DNA of 64,000 nt, taken from positions 5,609-69,608 of the forward strand of contig CASDXP010000004.1 in NCBI GenBank assembly GCA_949285455.1, in the 5' to 3' direction. Each line of letters begins with the position of its first letter. Position 1 is the stretch's first letter. A program made the translations under genes and the position numbers. The notes below the pieces were generated by a model. It was not told the origin of the DNA. It was given only the letters and a program-made list of their open reading frames with translations, and did no database searches. Below are positions 38,823 through 48,383 of this stretch, piece after piece. The stretch is from an uncultured bacterium. Its GTDB lineage: Bacteria; Bacillota_I; Bacilli_A; RFN20; CAG-826.

Positions 38823-39377
38823 ATGCACGTTGGAAGAAAAATTCAATATTTAAGATCCAAAAATGGTATTTATATTTCTCGAGTCGCTGATTATTTAAAA
38901 ATAAGCGACAAAGAATATATGGATATTGAAAATGGCACTTATGTTCCTAATGATGAAATATTAGAAAAAATTGCTTCTTTATACGGAGTAGATGTCACGT
39001 CATTAAAAAATGATAATAAAATTGTTTTATTTTCACATGGAAATAAAATAAAAGAATTAGAAGCAAAGAAAGAACGAATTCGTTTGAGAAGTTATACGCG
39101 TCGCTGGATTAAATTTTGGCTCATCATTAGCCAAATTGTTGTAGTTGGTTCAATCTATGGATTACTTGAACCGATCTATGGAAATCCACAAGCTTTAGGT
39201 GCACTTTTTTATTTAATAATTTCTATTCCACTAAGCGTAGCAGCTTTTAATGTTTTAAATCACGCGAAAAGTCGTAATGAATTAGTCGCGACCGGGATTT
39301 TATCTTTAATCTTTGTCTCTTTTATTGGCGGTGTGATGATGCTTACGGTAAGCGATGATAAATTTATCGAAAATTAA
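38823..39377 (+). CDS. Membrane-anchored XRE-family HTH protein
   Basis: N-terminal HTH (IQYLRSKNGIYISRVADYLKISDKEYMDIENG) followed by three C-terminal TM helices. Confidence 0.65.
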   Translation: MHVGRKIQYLRSKNGIYISRVADYLKISDKEYMDIENGTYVPNDEILEKIASLYGVDVTSLKNDNKIVLFSHGNKIKELEAKKERIRLRSYTRRWIKFWLIISQIVVVGSIYGLLEPIYGNPQALGALFYLIISIPLSVAAFNVLNHAKSRNELVATGILSLIFVSFIGGVMMLTVSDDKFIEN

Positions 39378-40480
39378 TGTTCGAAAGTTTCTTTTACTTT
39401 ACCAAGTAAATCTCTAATTTTAAGATGCTGTGGGCAAATATTTTCACATCTCCCACAACGGATGCAAGATGAAGCGGGATTATGTTCTTTTAGCGTCGAA
39501 AGATAAAAGTTTTTCGCTAGTTGTTCTTCACCCTTGTTAAAGATGTTATAAGCTTTAAATAAAGAGGGGATAGCGATATGTTTAGGACAGCCCTTTAAAC
39601 AATAACCACAAGCGGTGCAGCCGATATCTTTATAAGTTCTTATGATGTGCGCAATTTCTTTTAAGTTTTTTAGTTCAAGAGGCGTTAAGGGCTTATAATT
39701 TTTAAATGTTTCGACATTATCTTCTAATTGTGACATTTCATTCATGCCACTTAAAATCATAAAAATTTCATCGAACGACATGACGAAGCGGAAAGCGTAA
39801 CTTGCTTCGCTTCTTTCTTTAGAAAGGAGGGCTTTAGCTCCATGAGGAAGATGAGCGAGCGTCCCTCCGCGGACTGGTTCCATGACGATGATAGGTTTAC
39901 GATGTTTTTTGCTAGCGATTTCAAAACATTCTTTTGCTCTTATATCTTTACTTTCATAATCTAAGTAATTGAATTGTAATTGTACGACTTCTACATCTTT
40001 TTGTTCCGTTAAGATTTTGTCTAAAAATTCAGGTGTATCGTGAAATGAAATGCCGATATGTTTAATTTTTCCTTCATCTTTTAATTTCTTCGCTATTTCG
40101 TATGCATGGCATCTTTTATATTGTTCGTAATTATTAAGTTGTTGAGCGTGCATAAGATAAAAATCAAAATAATCGACCCCGACAGTTTCTAATTGTTTAT
40201 TGAAGAAGGGGATGATGTCTTCTTCTTTACTAAAAGAACTTGGCGAAAGTTTATCGGTGATAGTGAAAGATTCACGCGGATATTTTTTAACGAGGCATTC
40301 TCTTAACGCAACTTCGCTCAAACCATTTAAATATACTTGCGCAGTATCAAAATAATTGAAGCCTTGAGCCATGAAGTAATCGACCATCTTTTGAAAATCT
40401 TTAAAGTCGATATTTTGTTCGCTATCTTGTTTAAGGCGCATCACCCCAAAACCGAGGCGACCATGGACTTTTTCAAACAT
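39374..40480 (-). CDS. Aldo/keto reductase fused to a C-terminal 4Fe-4S ferredoxin-type domain
   Basis: AKR N-terminus (GFGVMRL, FDTAQVY, HIGISFH) and C-terminal CTACGYCLKGCP ... CIRCGRCENICP. Confidence 0.8.
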   Translation of the reverse strand: MFEKVHGRLGFGVMRLKQDSEQNIDFKDFQKMVDYFMAQGFNYFDTAQVYLNGLSEVALRECLVKKYPRESFTITDKLSPSSFSKEEDIIPFFNKQLETVGVDYFDFYLMHAQQLNNYEQYKRCHAYEIAKKLKDEGKIKHIGISFHDTPEFLDKILTEQKDVEVVQLQFNYLDYESKDIRAKECFEIASKKHRKPIIVMEPVRGGTLAHLPHGAKALLSKERSEASYAFRFVMSFDEIFMILSGMNEMSQLEDNVETFKNYKPLTPLELKNLKEIAHIIRTYKDIGCTACGYCLKGCPKHIAIPSLFKAYNIFNKGEEQLAKNFYLSTLKEHNPASSCIRCGRCENICPQHLKIRDLLGKVKETFEH

Positions 40481-40491
40481 AACTTTTCCTC

Positions 40492-41676
40492 CTAAATTTT
40501 CTCGATATTAAATTGTTTTAAATAAGTGAGCAAGGCCTTTTTATGATGACCTAAAATGATAATTTCATGATTGCCTAATGGATGAGTGAGCATCTTATCT
40601 AGATGAGGGAAATGACAATTTATTTGGGTACGGCATAAGTCTTTTTCATATTGATTAGATAAAATTTCTCCTTCTTCAATAAAGCATTTATTTAATTTGG
40701 CGTTTAGACGAAAAATAGTGGCTTTTTGTGGTTTAATTTCGCCGTGAATTCCTATTCCAATACCTGATTCAAAATGCGTATCTAAAGATATATTTTCGCA
40801 CATTGAAAAAGGAATAGTGCAGTGGGCTAAAGTAATAATCTTATTTGTGACATCGATTTTAGAAGGATTAGCCTGGAAGGAAGTTAAGCCTAATACTTTT
40901 CTTACGATATGCATCGCAATTAATGAAGGAACGTCACCTTCGCATGCAGCGGTGATCGATTCGTCGTTTAAATTCGCTAGAGCAAGGCAAGCAGTCGTCT
41001 TTAAGGATTTGAGTAAATCGAAGCAACGGATTGTTAGACCATCTAGATGATATTGATCTTTAATTAATTTGATAGCTTGATAAAGTTTACTTGCAGCGTT
41101 CAATTCATCTTTATCAAAGCTCAATTGTTCATTAAGTTGAACATCTTCCATTTCTTCATATATTCTTTCGACTTCTTCGATAGGAATAAAAGTAAAGTTC
41201 ATCCCGAATTTCTTCGCTTTATCAAGCGTTTCCATATCGAAACCAATGAGCCAATCAGAAGGGCGTCCAATAAGGCCTAGATTAATGTCTAGTTTCTTAG
41301 TTAAATTAGTGTTTATTTCTTTTAGACGTCGAGAAAGATAATCGCTAGAGCCATGTAAAACTTCACCCTCTAAATTGTTATTGTGTAAAAAAGATAAAAT
41401 TTCTAAAGAAGCCGCGAGCGAATTGTTCGTGCCGTAAGTAAGAAGATAATATGGTTCTTTTAAGGAAGTATATATTTGTTTGAATACATTTTCACTTCCA
41501 CCTGATTGGACGAGTATTAGACTTATATCCGCATCTTCATAAAATTTAGTAATATCATCGATAAAATGATATGTGATGTTTCTTTCTTTTAGTTCTTCTA
41601 ATAATACTTTCGTATGGGAGTCTAGACTCGCTTTCGTATGTAACGAAGAAGAAATGGGATAGATATTAATTTTCAT
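40492..41676 (-). CDS. L-fucose/L-arabinose isomerase-like family protein (tentative)
   Basis: 394 aa. The ITAACEGDVPSLIAMHI motif resembles the ACEGD segment of FucI/AraA-like isomerases. It lies 11 nt upstream of the AKR gene on the same strand. Confidence 0.45.
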   Translation of the reverse strand: MKINIYPISSSLHTKASLDSHTKVLLEELKERNITYHFIDDITKFYEDADISLILVQSGGSENVFKQIYTSLKEPYYLLTYGTNNSLAASLEILSFLHNNNLEGEVLHGSSDYLSRRLKEINTNLTKKLDINLGLIGRPSDWLIGFDMETLDKAKKFGMNFTFIPIEEVERIYEEMEDVQLNEQLSFDKDELNAASKLYQAIKLIKDQYHLDGLTIRCFDLLKSLKTTACLALANLNDESITAACEGDVPSLIAMHIVRKVLGLTSFQANPSKIDVTNKIITLAHCTIPFSMCENISLDTHFESGIGIGIHGEIKPQKATIFRLNAKLNKCFIEEGEILSNQYEKDLCRTQINCHFPHLDKMLTHPLGNHEIIILGHHKKALLTYLKQFNIEKI

Positions 41677-41745
41677 AACTTAGTTTTCCTTAATTTAATT
41701 ATCTAATAATTTAATTCCTTTCGTCTACACGTATAATTATAATAT

Positions 41746-44700
41746 ATGGCTTTTAAAAATATTCCATATCTTATAAGTGAAGCTATTCGTCAAGAGAAGT
41801 GGCTAAATATTACTTACGTGAATGCGAATAAAGAACAAACTTATTTTTCTATCGGTGTGGCAGATGTCGATACCGCTAAAAAAAGTCTTCTAGTTGACAT
41901 CTTCAATTTTCCTAAATTTGGTATAGAATGTCTCGATAAAAAAGTCTGGTTGAAATTAGATAATATTATCGATGCACGTCTAGTAGATAATTCTTATTAT
42001 CCGACGAGCGATAACTTATTTGCGCGTCTTAGTAAAGATATCGCATTAAATACGATGCTCGATACGTCATTTTCGTATAATAACGTATTAACCTATCTTT
42101 ATGATTGTTATAAAAACGATGCTGATCCATTTGTTGAAGATGCTTCGATGTTCGATGGCGTCGATTTGAAAGTGTTAGAGGCTGGAACATATCAATTAAG
42201 CGATGAAGAATTTATTTATTTTTTAGAAAAAGTGTTCGTCAAATCGAAAAACGAAGCAGAAAAGTTATATCGCTATTCCATTCTAGCGTTCAATATCTTA
42301 TCGATCGATATCAATGATAAACAATACGTAATTGCCTACCGCGAAGTAGATTTAAATTTCAAAAATAAGACGATACGTATTGCTGATAAGTCGAATATCA
42401 ATAAATCATTTCTCATCAATGAAAGAAAATATAATTTAGCGATGTATCTAGATATGAATCCAGATGAATTTGTAAGAGATTTCGATACGAAAAAAGAAGA
42501 ATTTACTCGTCTTATTGAAGCGAATAAAAAAGAAGGAGAAATGATCAACACTAGACCATCATTTTTCTTACTTAAAAAGCAGTTAACTTATGGGGTAGAG
42601 GAAACGCTAGGCGCTATCTATGAAAGAGTGCAAAAAGGTGAGCTTAACGCACCTTTAAAAGCTTTTTTTGGTGTGAGTAGAAATTCACCTTATTTAAAGA
42701 AGGAAGCAAACATTGTTATCTTCGATAAAAATAAAGTAAATATCGATCAATTGCGAGTTATTTTTAATGCGATGAATGCAAAAATTACTTACGTTCAAGG
42801 CCCTCCTGGTACTGGAAAAACTGAAACTATTTTCAATGCTTTATTATCCGCTCTTTTAAACGATAAAAAAGTTTTAGTATGTGCGAATAACAATCATCCC
42901 GTCGATGATATCTATCATAAGTTAATCGAATGTTTTAAAGATGAAAAAAATGAAGAAATTATCACTCCATTTTTAAGGCTTGGCAACAATGATGAAGTTG
43001 AGGCTACTTTAAAGTTATTAAAGCATTACTTTGCTTTAGCGAGATCTTTGAAAGATAAGAATATTTCAATTAAAAAAGAAAAGAAGAATTTACTTTCCTA
43101 TTTTCACGACTTAAAAACTTCTTTATCGCTCTACGAAGAAAGGATCGAAATAGAGGATAAGATAAAGATTCTAAAGAAGATAAAAGATATTGCTCTTGCT
43201 GAACCGTTAATTAAAAGAGCGGAAGATGAAATTAAATCGCTCGAAACTAGTCTCATGTCACTTAAAATCATAGATCCAGATACCTTAACTTCTTCATTAA
43301 TCTCCATCAAAGAAAACGAACAATTATTTACTTACTTCAAGGATTTATATTATTTCAATATCAAAAAGTTAAATAAGCCAATATATGAAGAATTAGAAGC
43401 AATATTAGATGATGCAGACGCTGTAACAAAATTTAATCGATATCTAAGAAATGAAAAAAACTTAGAATATCTTTTAGATATTTTTCCAATCGTCTTATCG
43501 ACGAATCTATCGTGCGATAAACTTGGCAGCGCTTATTCTTCGAAATTTGATTTATGCATTATGGATGAAGCAGGGCAAGCTAACATCGCTAGTGCGTTAA
43601 TCCCTCTAGCGAGGTCGAAAGCATTGCTTTTAGTAGGCGATACAAATCAACTACAACCAGTAAGTGTCATCGAATTAGATTTAAATGATTATTTGGTGGA
43701 AAAATATAGTATCAAAAAAGAATATAATTACGTCGAAAATTCGATACTCTCATCCTTACTTTCTTTAGACGCAAATTCGAAAAGAATTATGCTTCATTAC
43801 CATTATCGATGCGCGAAAAAGATTGCGAAATTTGTCAACCAAAGATTTTACGAAGAAAAGCTAAAAATTTTGAATGAAAATGAAGGCTCACTCGTTTACA
43901 TCGATGTTAAAAATCGCCCAATGCGTCAATCAAATGCTTACCTTGATGAAGCTTTATCGATAGTTGATTTAATCAAAAATAATCATTACGAAGACGTGGC
44001 TATCATTACCCCGTTCGTGCATCAAGCGCGTCTTATCAACCATCTTTTAAAAGAAGCAGGTATAGATGAAAATGTAGCGAAGGCAGGAACAATTCACACT
44101 TTGCAAGGTTCGGAGAAAAATAGCATCATCATGTCAAGCGCGATATCTTTAAGGACGGCGAAGAAGACGATGGATTGGATAGCTGAAAATGCTGAGCTAA
44201 TTAACGTTGCAGTGTCTCGCGCCAAAAAGCATTTTATTTTCGTCGGCGATAAGGCTGCGATCGATATCAAAACGAAAGATAAACAAAATAGTGATATAAG
44301 AGCACTTTCTGATTACGTTTATGAAAATGGTAAGATGAAATTATCTTCTTCTCCACATTTAAAAATTACTAATTTATCGAACGATTCTAAATCGGAAGAA
44401 GAATTCTTCATGACAATTAAACCGTTTTTTGCAAGGAAAAGAACAAAATTTTACATCGAGCGTAACGTCCCTTTATTGAAAGCTTTACCTTTAGAAGGTG
44501 ATTCTATTCAAAAATTTTTCCGTTATATGGAATTTGATTTGGTAGTTAAAGTCAAGAATAGTTTATTCGCTAAGCCTTTTCCTATCGTCGTCTTTGAAAT
44601 TGATGGTGGTGAGCATATTGGCGACATCGATCGTATTAAGCGTGATAGAGATAAAGAAGCCATATGCGCTAGAAATGGTGTCAAACTAATTAGAATATCT

Positions 44701-44808
44701 AACGATCAAGTAAAAGATTACGAACTCATCATCAAACTTTTTATGCAAGTAGTAAGTAATATTAAAGATTTTGAAGATGATGAACAAATAACATTGTTTG
44801 AAGATTAA
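41746..44808 (+). CDS. WYL-like N-terminal region + Upf1/DNA2-like SF1 helicase + C-terminal PD-(D/E)xK (DUF2726-like) nuclease domain
   Basis: 1020 aa. Helicase motifs are Walker A GPPGTGKT, motif II IMDEAGQA, LVGDTNQLQP, TIHTLQGSEKN and VAVSRAKKHF. The C-terminus EFDLVVKV...VVFEIDGGEHIG...KRDRDKEAICARNGVKLIRI fits the DUF2726/Vsr-like endonuclease pattern. Confidence 0.75.
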   Translation: MAFKNIPYLISEAIRQEKWLNITYVNANKEQTYFSIGVADVDTAKKSLLVDIFNFPKFGIECLDKKVWLKLDNIIDARLVDNSYYPTSDNLFARLSKDIALNTMLDTSFSYNNVLTYLYDCYKNDADPFVEDASMFDGVDLKVLEAGTYQLSDEEFIYFLEKVFVKSKNEAEKLYRYSILAFNILSIDINDKQYVIAYREVDLNFKNKTIRIADKSNINKSFLINERKYNLAMYLDMNPDEFVRDFDTKKEEFTRLIEANKKEGEMINTRPSFFLLKKQLTYGVEETLGAIYERVQKGELNAPLKAFFGVSRNSPYLKKEANIVIFDKNKVNIDQLRVIFNAMNAKITYVQGPPGTGKTETIFNALLSALLNDKKVLVCANNNHPVDDIYHKLIECFKDEKNEEIITPFLRLGNNDEVEATLKLLKHYFALARSLKDKNISIKKEKKNLLSYFHDLKTSLSLYEERIEIEDKIKILKKIKDIALAEPLIKRAEDEIKSLETSLMSLKIIDPDTLTSSLISIKENEQLFTYFKDLYYFNIKKLNKPIYEELEAILDDADAVTKFNRYLRNEKNLEYLLDIFPIVLSTNLSCDKLGSAYSSKFDLCIMDEAGQANIASALIPLARSKALLLVGDTNQLQPVSVIELDLNDYLVEKYSIKKEYNYVENSILSSLLSLDANSKRIMLHYHYRCAKKIAKFVNQRFYEEKLKILNENEGSLVYIDVKNRPMRQSNAYLDEALSIVDLIKNNHYEDVAIITPFVHQARLINHLLKEAGIDENVAKAGTIHTLQGSEKNSIIMSSAISLRTAKKTMDWIAENAELINVAVSRAKKHFIFVGDKAAIDIKTKDKQNSDIRALSDYVYENGKMKLSSSPHLKITNLSNDSKSEEEFFMTIKPFFARKRTKFYIERNVPLLKALPLEGDSIQKFFRYMEFDLVVKVKNSLFAKPFPIVVFEIDGGEHIGDIDRIKRDRDKEAICARNGVKLIRISNDQVKDYELIIKLFMQVVSNIKDFEDDEQITLFED

Positions 44809-44857
44809 TATTTCCATCTAGTCTTAATTAAAACGTATTTATATAATGTAAGTGCAC

Positions 44858-45652
44858 ATGGATAAGAATGATCGTTTAGAAATTGTTAAAGTTAATCATC
44901 TAAGTAAAACTTTTCGTCTTTCTTACAAGCAAAGAAAAGAAAATAAAACAGATGATAAATATTTAAAAGCAGTGGATGATTTATCTTTTTCATTGTATGA
45001 AGGAGAAATTTATGGTCTACTTGGCCCGAATGGGGCAGGTAAGACGACGACTTTAAGGATGCTTGCGACTTTGCTTACTCCTTCTAGTGGAAATATTTAT
45101 TTAGATGGTAAAGATATTCAAAAAAAATTAGAAGAGACGAGAAAAAATATTGGCTTTCTTACGAGCGAACTAAAACTCGATAATTTTTTTACCCCTGATT
45201 ATACATTCGATTTTTTCGCTGAACTGTACGGTTTAAATAAAACGCAAAGAATGCGTCGTAAAGAAATATTATTTTATCAATTTGGTATCGATGAATATCG
45301 TCATAAGAAAATTGGTGAACTTTCTAGTGGGATGAAACAAAAAGTTTCTTTAGCGATTTCTTTGATTCATGATCCTAAAATTATCATCTATGATGAACCG
45401 ACGAATGGTCTTGATATTATCGCTTCTAAAGCTGTGGAAGACTACCTTTTAAAACTTAAAGAAGAAAATAAGTCGATTATTATTTCGACGCATATTTTAC
45501 CTCTCGTCGAAAAGTTAAGTGACCGTATCGGCATCATCATCGCCGGTAAGATGAAGTTTGAAGGAGATAAAGAAGAAGTAAGGAATTTAGGTGGCTTAGA
45601 AAAGTTATTCTTTGATATATATCAAAAAGTGAGGGATGAAGAAGATGTCTAA
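44858..45652 (+). CDS. ABC transporter ATP-binding protein (ABC-2/NatA-type)
   Basis: Walker A GPNGAGKTT, signature LSSGMKQK and Walker B IIIYDEPTNGLD. The ORF track opens at GTG 44852. Confidence 0.88.
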   Translation: MDKNDRLEIVKVNHLSKTFRLSYKQRKENKTDDKYLKAVDDLSFSLYEGEIYGLLGPNGAGKTTTLRMLATLLTPSSGNIYLDGKDIQKKLEETRKNIGFLTSELKLDNFFTPDYTFDFFAELYGLNKTQRMRRKEILFYQFGIDEYRHKKIGELSSGMKQKVSLAISLIHDPKIIIYDEPTNGLDIIASKAVEDYLLKLKEENKSIIISTHILPLVEKLSDRIGIIIAGKMKFEGDKEEVRNLGGLEKLFFDIYQKVRDEEDV

Positions 45653-46829
45653 GACGTTCGCGGTCTTTAAAAAAGAACTACGAAGATTTTTTAGTGATAA
45701 GCGAATGCTTATGGCTTTAATTTTGCCCGGCTTACTCGTCTTTTTAATCTATTATTTTTTACCTGATTTATATGCGACTTCTTTCGCATCTAACCTTAAT
45801 AAAGATTACGTCGCAAATATTGCGATAAGTGATAATTACGATAAAGAAAATGAAAATTCTTCTTCGTTATTAGAAGGAGCAATTCTTTCCGTCTTTGAAA
45901 ATTTAGATTATGCTTCCCCCAATATCGTCGAATTTAGCTTAGAAGAAGAAAGTGTCACGAAAGATAAATTAGTGAAAAAAGAATTAGATTTGATGATTGT
46001 TTTCGACGATAATTTTGAACATATCATTTTTAATGAAATAAGTGTTTCTAAGCCTAATATTGATATTTTTTATAATTCTTCTAGTGGCGAATCGACTTAC
46101 ATTTATTCTTTAGTATTTTCGATAAGTGAACAACTTTATCAATCTTTCACTATCAATTATCAAATTGATCCTGATGTTGGCGAACAAAATTATGCGATTA
46201 TGCAAGTAGTGGCAATCATCTTACCGATGCTTACGATATCGATGATTTTTTCTTCGACTTTGCAAGTTTGTCCTGAAGCGATCGCTGGGGAAAAAGAAAG
46301 AGGTACTTTATCTTCTATCTTGGTGACACCAATTAAAAGAAGTGAATTCGCGCTTGGTAAAATACTCGCTTTAATTTTAGTTTCTTTAGTGTCTGGTACG
46401 ATCACAGGCGCGGGCTTACTTATCTCTTTACCGCGTCTATATGGAAGCATGGGCTCTTTTGCTATGCCGCCTTCTTCTTATATTCTTTTGTTTTTAGTGC
46501 TATTAACTCTCGTAATATTTTTTGTCAACGTCGCCATGTGCATTTCTACTTTCGCTAAGTCTATTAAAGAAGCGACTTCTTATCTTGGCCCGCTTCTTAT
46601 CGTCTTCATGGTCATCGCGATGTTACCGGGCTTCCTCGATGTCTCTAATATCGGCTTTGCTTTCGTTCCAGTGTTAAACGTCTCTTACGTCATGTCTTCG
46701 ATAGTCTATGGCACGGTCGATGCCATGTATTTAGCGTTCTCTTTACTTTCTAATATTATCTTCTCTCTTATTTTTATTCTCATCGATGTAAAATTATTTA
46801 AGTGTGAAAGTGTCGTCATGCGTCAATGA
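45636..46829 (+). CDS. ABC-2 type transporter permease (NatB-like)
   Basis: 397 aa. An N-terminal TM helix, a large external loop, then 5 TM helices containing EKERGTLS. Overlaps the ATPase gene. Confidence 0.8.
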   Translation: MKKMSKTFAVFKKELRRFFSDKRMLMALILPGLLVFLIYYFLPDLYATSFASNLNKDYVANIAISDNYDKENENSSSLLEGAILSVFENLDYASPNIVEFSLEEESVTKDKLVKKELDLMIVFDDNFEHIIFNEISVSKPNIDIFYNSSSGESTYIYSLVFSISEQLYQSFTINYQIDPDVGEQNYAIMQVVAIILPMLTISMIFSSTLQVCPEAIAGEKERGTLSSILVTPIKRSEFALGKILALILVSLVSGTITGAGLLISLPRLYGSMGSFAMPPSSYILLFLVLLTLVIFFVNVAMCISTFAKSIKEATSYLGPLLIVFMVIAMLPGFLDVSNIGFAFVPVLNVSYVMSSIVYGTVDAMYLAFSLLSNIIFSLIFILIDVKLFKCESVVMRQ

Positions 46830-47335
46830 AAACTTATAAAGATATTAAAAATAAAAAGATAGTTGTCATCGGTTCACCAGGAAGTGGTAAATCTTTTCTT
46901 TCGACAAAATTGCATGAATATTTAAATATCCCTATCTATTATCTTGATCGCATCTATTGGCATGAAGATTGGGTTAACACTCCGTTAGATAAATTCATCG
47001 CTTTGCAAGAAGAAATATTAAGAAAAGATGAATTTATCATCGATGGAAATTATCTATCGACGATCGAAATAAGATTGAGCAAAGCTTCGACGATTATTTT
47101 CTTAGATTTACCTAAGGAAGTATGTTTAGAAGCAGTGAAACAAAGAATGGGACAAAAAAGGACGGATTTTCCACCTTTTCTCAAAGAAGAATTAGATGAT
47201 GAATTCGTCCATTCCATCATCTTCTTTGAAGTGGAAAGTAAGCCAATTATTTTAAAATTATTAGACAAATATCAAGATAAAGAAATTGTCGTGCTGCACT
47301 CACGCGAAGAGGTAAATAATTTCTTAAACAAATAA
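46826..47335 (+). CDS. P-loop NMP-kinase-like protein (topology modulation/adenylate kinase-like family)
   Basis: 169 aa. KIVVIGSPGSGKSFLSTKL Walker A followed by YYLDRIYW. Confidence 0.7.
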   Translation: MKTYKDIKNKKIVVIGSPGSGKSFLSTKLHEYLNIPIYYLDRIYWHEDWVNTPLDKFIALQEEILRKDEFIIDGNYLSTIEIRLSKASTIIFLDLPKEVCLEAVKQRMGQKRTDFPPFLKEELDDEFVHSIIFFEVESKPIILKLLDKYQDKEIVVLHSREEVNNFLNK

Positions 47336-47737
47336 AAATAAAATTTTAAAATAATTGAACCCACTCCTAGATGTAGAAATTATACAAAAACCTATTCCTT
47401 CTTTAATTACTTTTGAATCCACTAATGGCACTTATGCCGATGTCGTTTTAGGCGATGAAATACGCGTGACGAACGAAAGACTGACGACTGATAGCATTTA
47501 TAAAGGCAATGTCCGCGTTTACGTTTTAGTAAATTCTTCTACTGAAATTTAAGTCAAATTGGTGGCAATACAACCTATTTACATTAGATTGACGATTGTT
47601 ATAAGTTTAATTAAATACTTTGTATTTAACAATTGGTTTCAATAAAATTTAAATTAATTCAGTAAAAAAATATTGATTTATCATCTAATTTCGTGCTTTA
47701 ATATTATCGGAATGGAAATAGCGAGGAAAGAAAGATA

Positions 47738-48367
47738 ATGTTACCTAACGTCTCGAAAAGACAGCTTGAACGATTCCCCCTTTATTTGAATTATTTAAAG
47801 CAAATAAAGAAAGAAGGTGAAGTTTACATTTCTTCGTCTACTTTAGCTAAAGCTCTAGGATTAAAAGAAGAAAAAGTAAGAAAAGATTTACAAGCTGTTT
47901 CTCGTATCAAAGGTAAACCACATCTTGGTCGTGAAATTAAACCTCTCATCAAAGATTTCGAATCTTTTTTAGGCTATGCGAATGTTAATAACGCTATTAT
48001 CGTCGGTGTTGGACACCTCGGTGAAGCGTTTTTAAATTATGCCGGTTTCGCTAATAGGGGTTTAAATATCGTCGCTGGTTTCGATATCGATGATAGAAAA
48101 GTTGGCTACAACGTCAATAATATCCCTATCTATCATATCGACCGTCTCAACGATTTAATTAGTGTTTTAGATGTGAGTATCGCTATTTTAACTGTTCCTA
48201 GTCAAGTCGCTCAAAAAATGAGCGATGTTTTGGTGCAGGCTGGTATTAAAGGTATCTGGAATTTTGCACCGACCCATCTACGTGTCAGCGGAGACGTCGT
48301 CGTCGAAAACGTCGATTTAGCGGCTTCGCTTGCCGTCTTATCATACAAATTGGAAACTAAGTTTTAA
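47738..48367 (+). CDS. rex: Redox-sensing transcriptional repressor Rex
   Basis: 209 aa. N-terminal winged helix (RFPLYLNYLKQI...ISSSTLAKALG) and a Rossmann motif, VGVGHLGEAFLNY. Confidence 0.92.
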   Translation: MLPNVSKRQLERFPLYLNYLKQIKKEGEVYISSSTLAKALGLKEEKVRKDLQAVSRIKGKPHLGREIKPLIKDFESFLGYANVNNAIIVGVGHLGEAFLNYAGFANRGLNIVAGFDIDDRKVGYNVNNIPIYHIDRLNDLISVLDVSIAILTVPSQVAQKMSDVLVQAGIKGIWNFAPTHLRVSGDVVVENVDLAASLAVLSYKLETKF

Positions 48368-48383
48368 GGAGGTTAAAAAACTT

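Noticed and set aside
47355-47552. 65-aa ORF starting at TTG after the P-loop kinase gene
   Set aside because: It has no RBS, a non-ATG start and no recognisable motif. It could be a remnant of a decayed gene, but I cannot support a call.
47560-47737. Search for a Rex operator (TTGTGAA-N4-TTCACAA-like) upstream of rex/adhE
   Set aside because: Only a compressed TTGTATTTAACAA (about 47629-47641) is present. The half-site spacing does not fit the 18-20-bp Rex box, so no operator is claimed.
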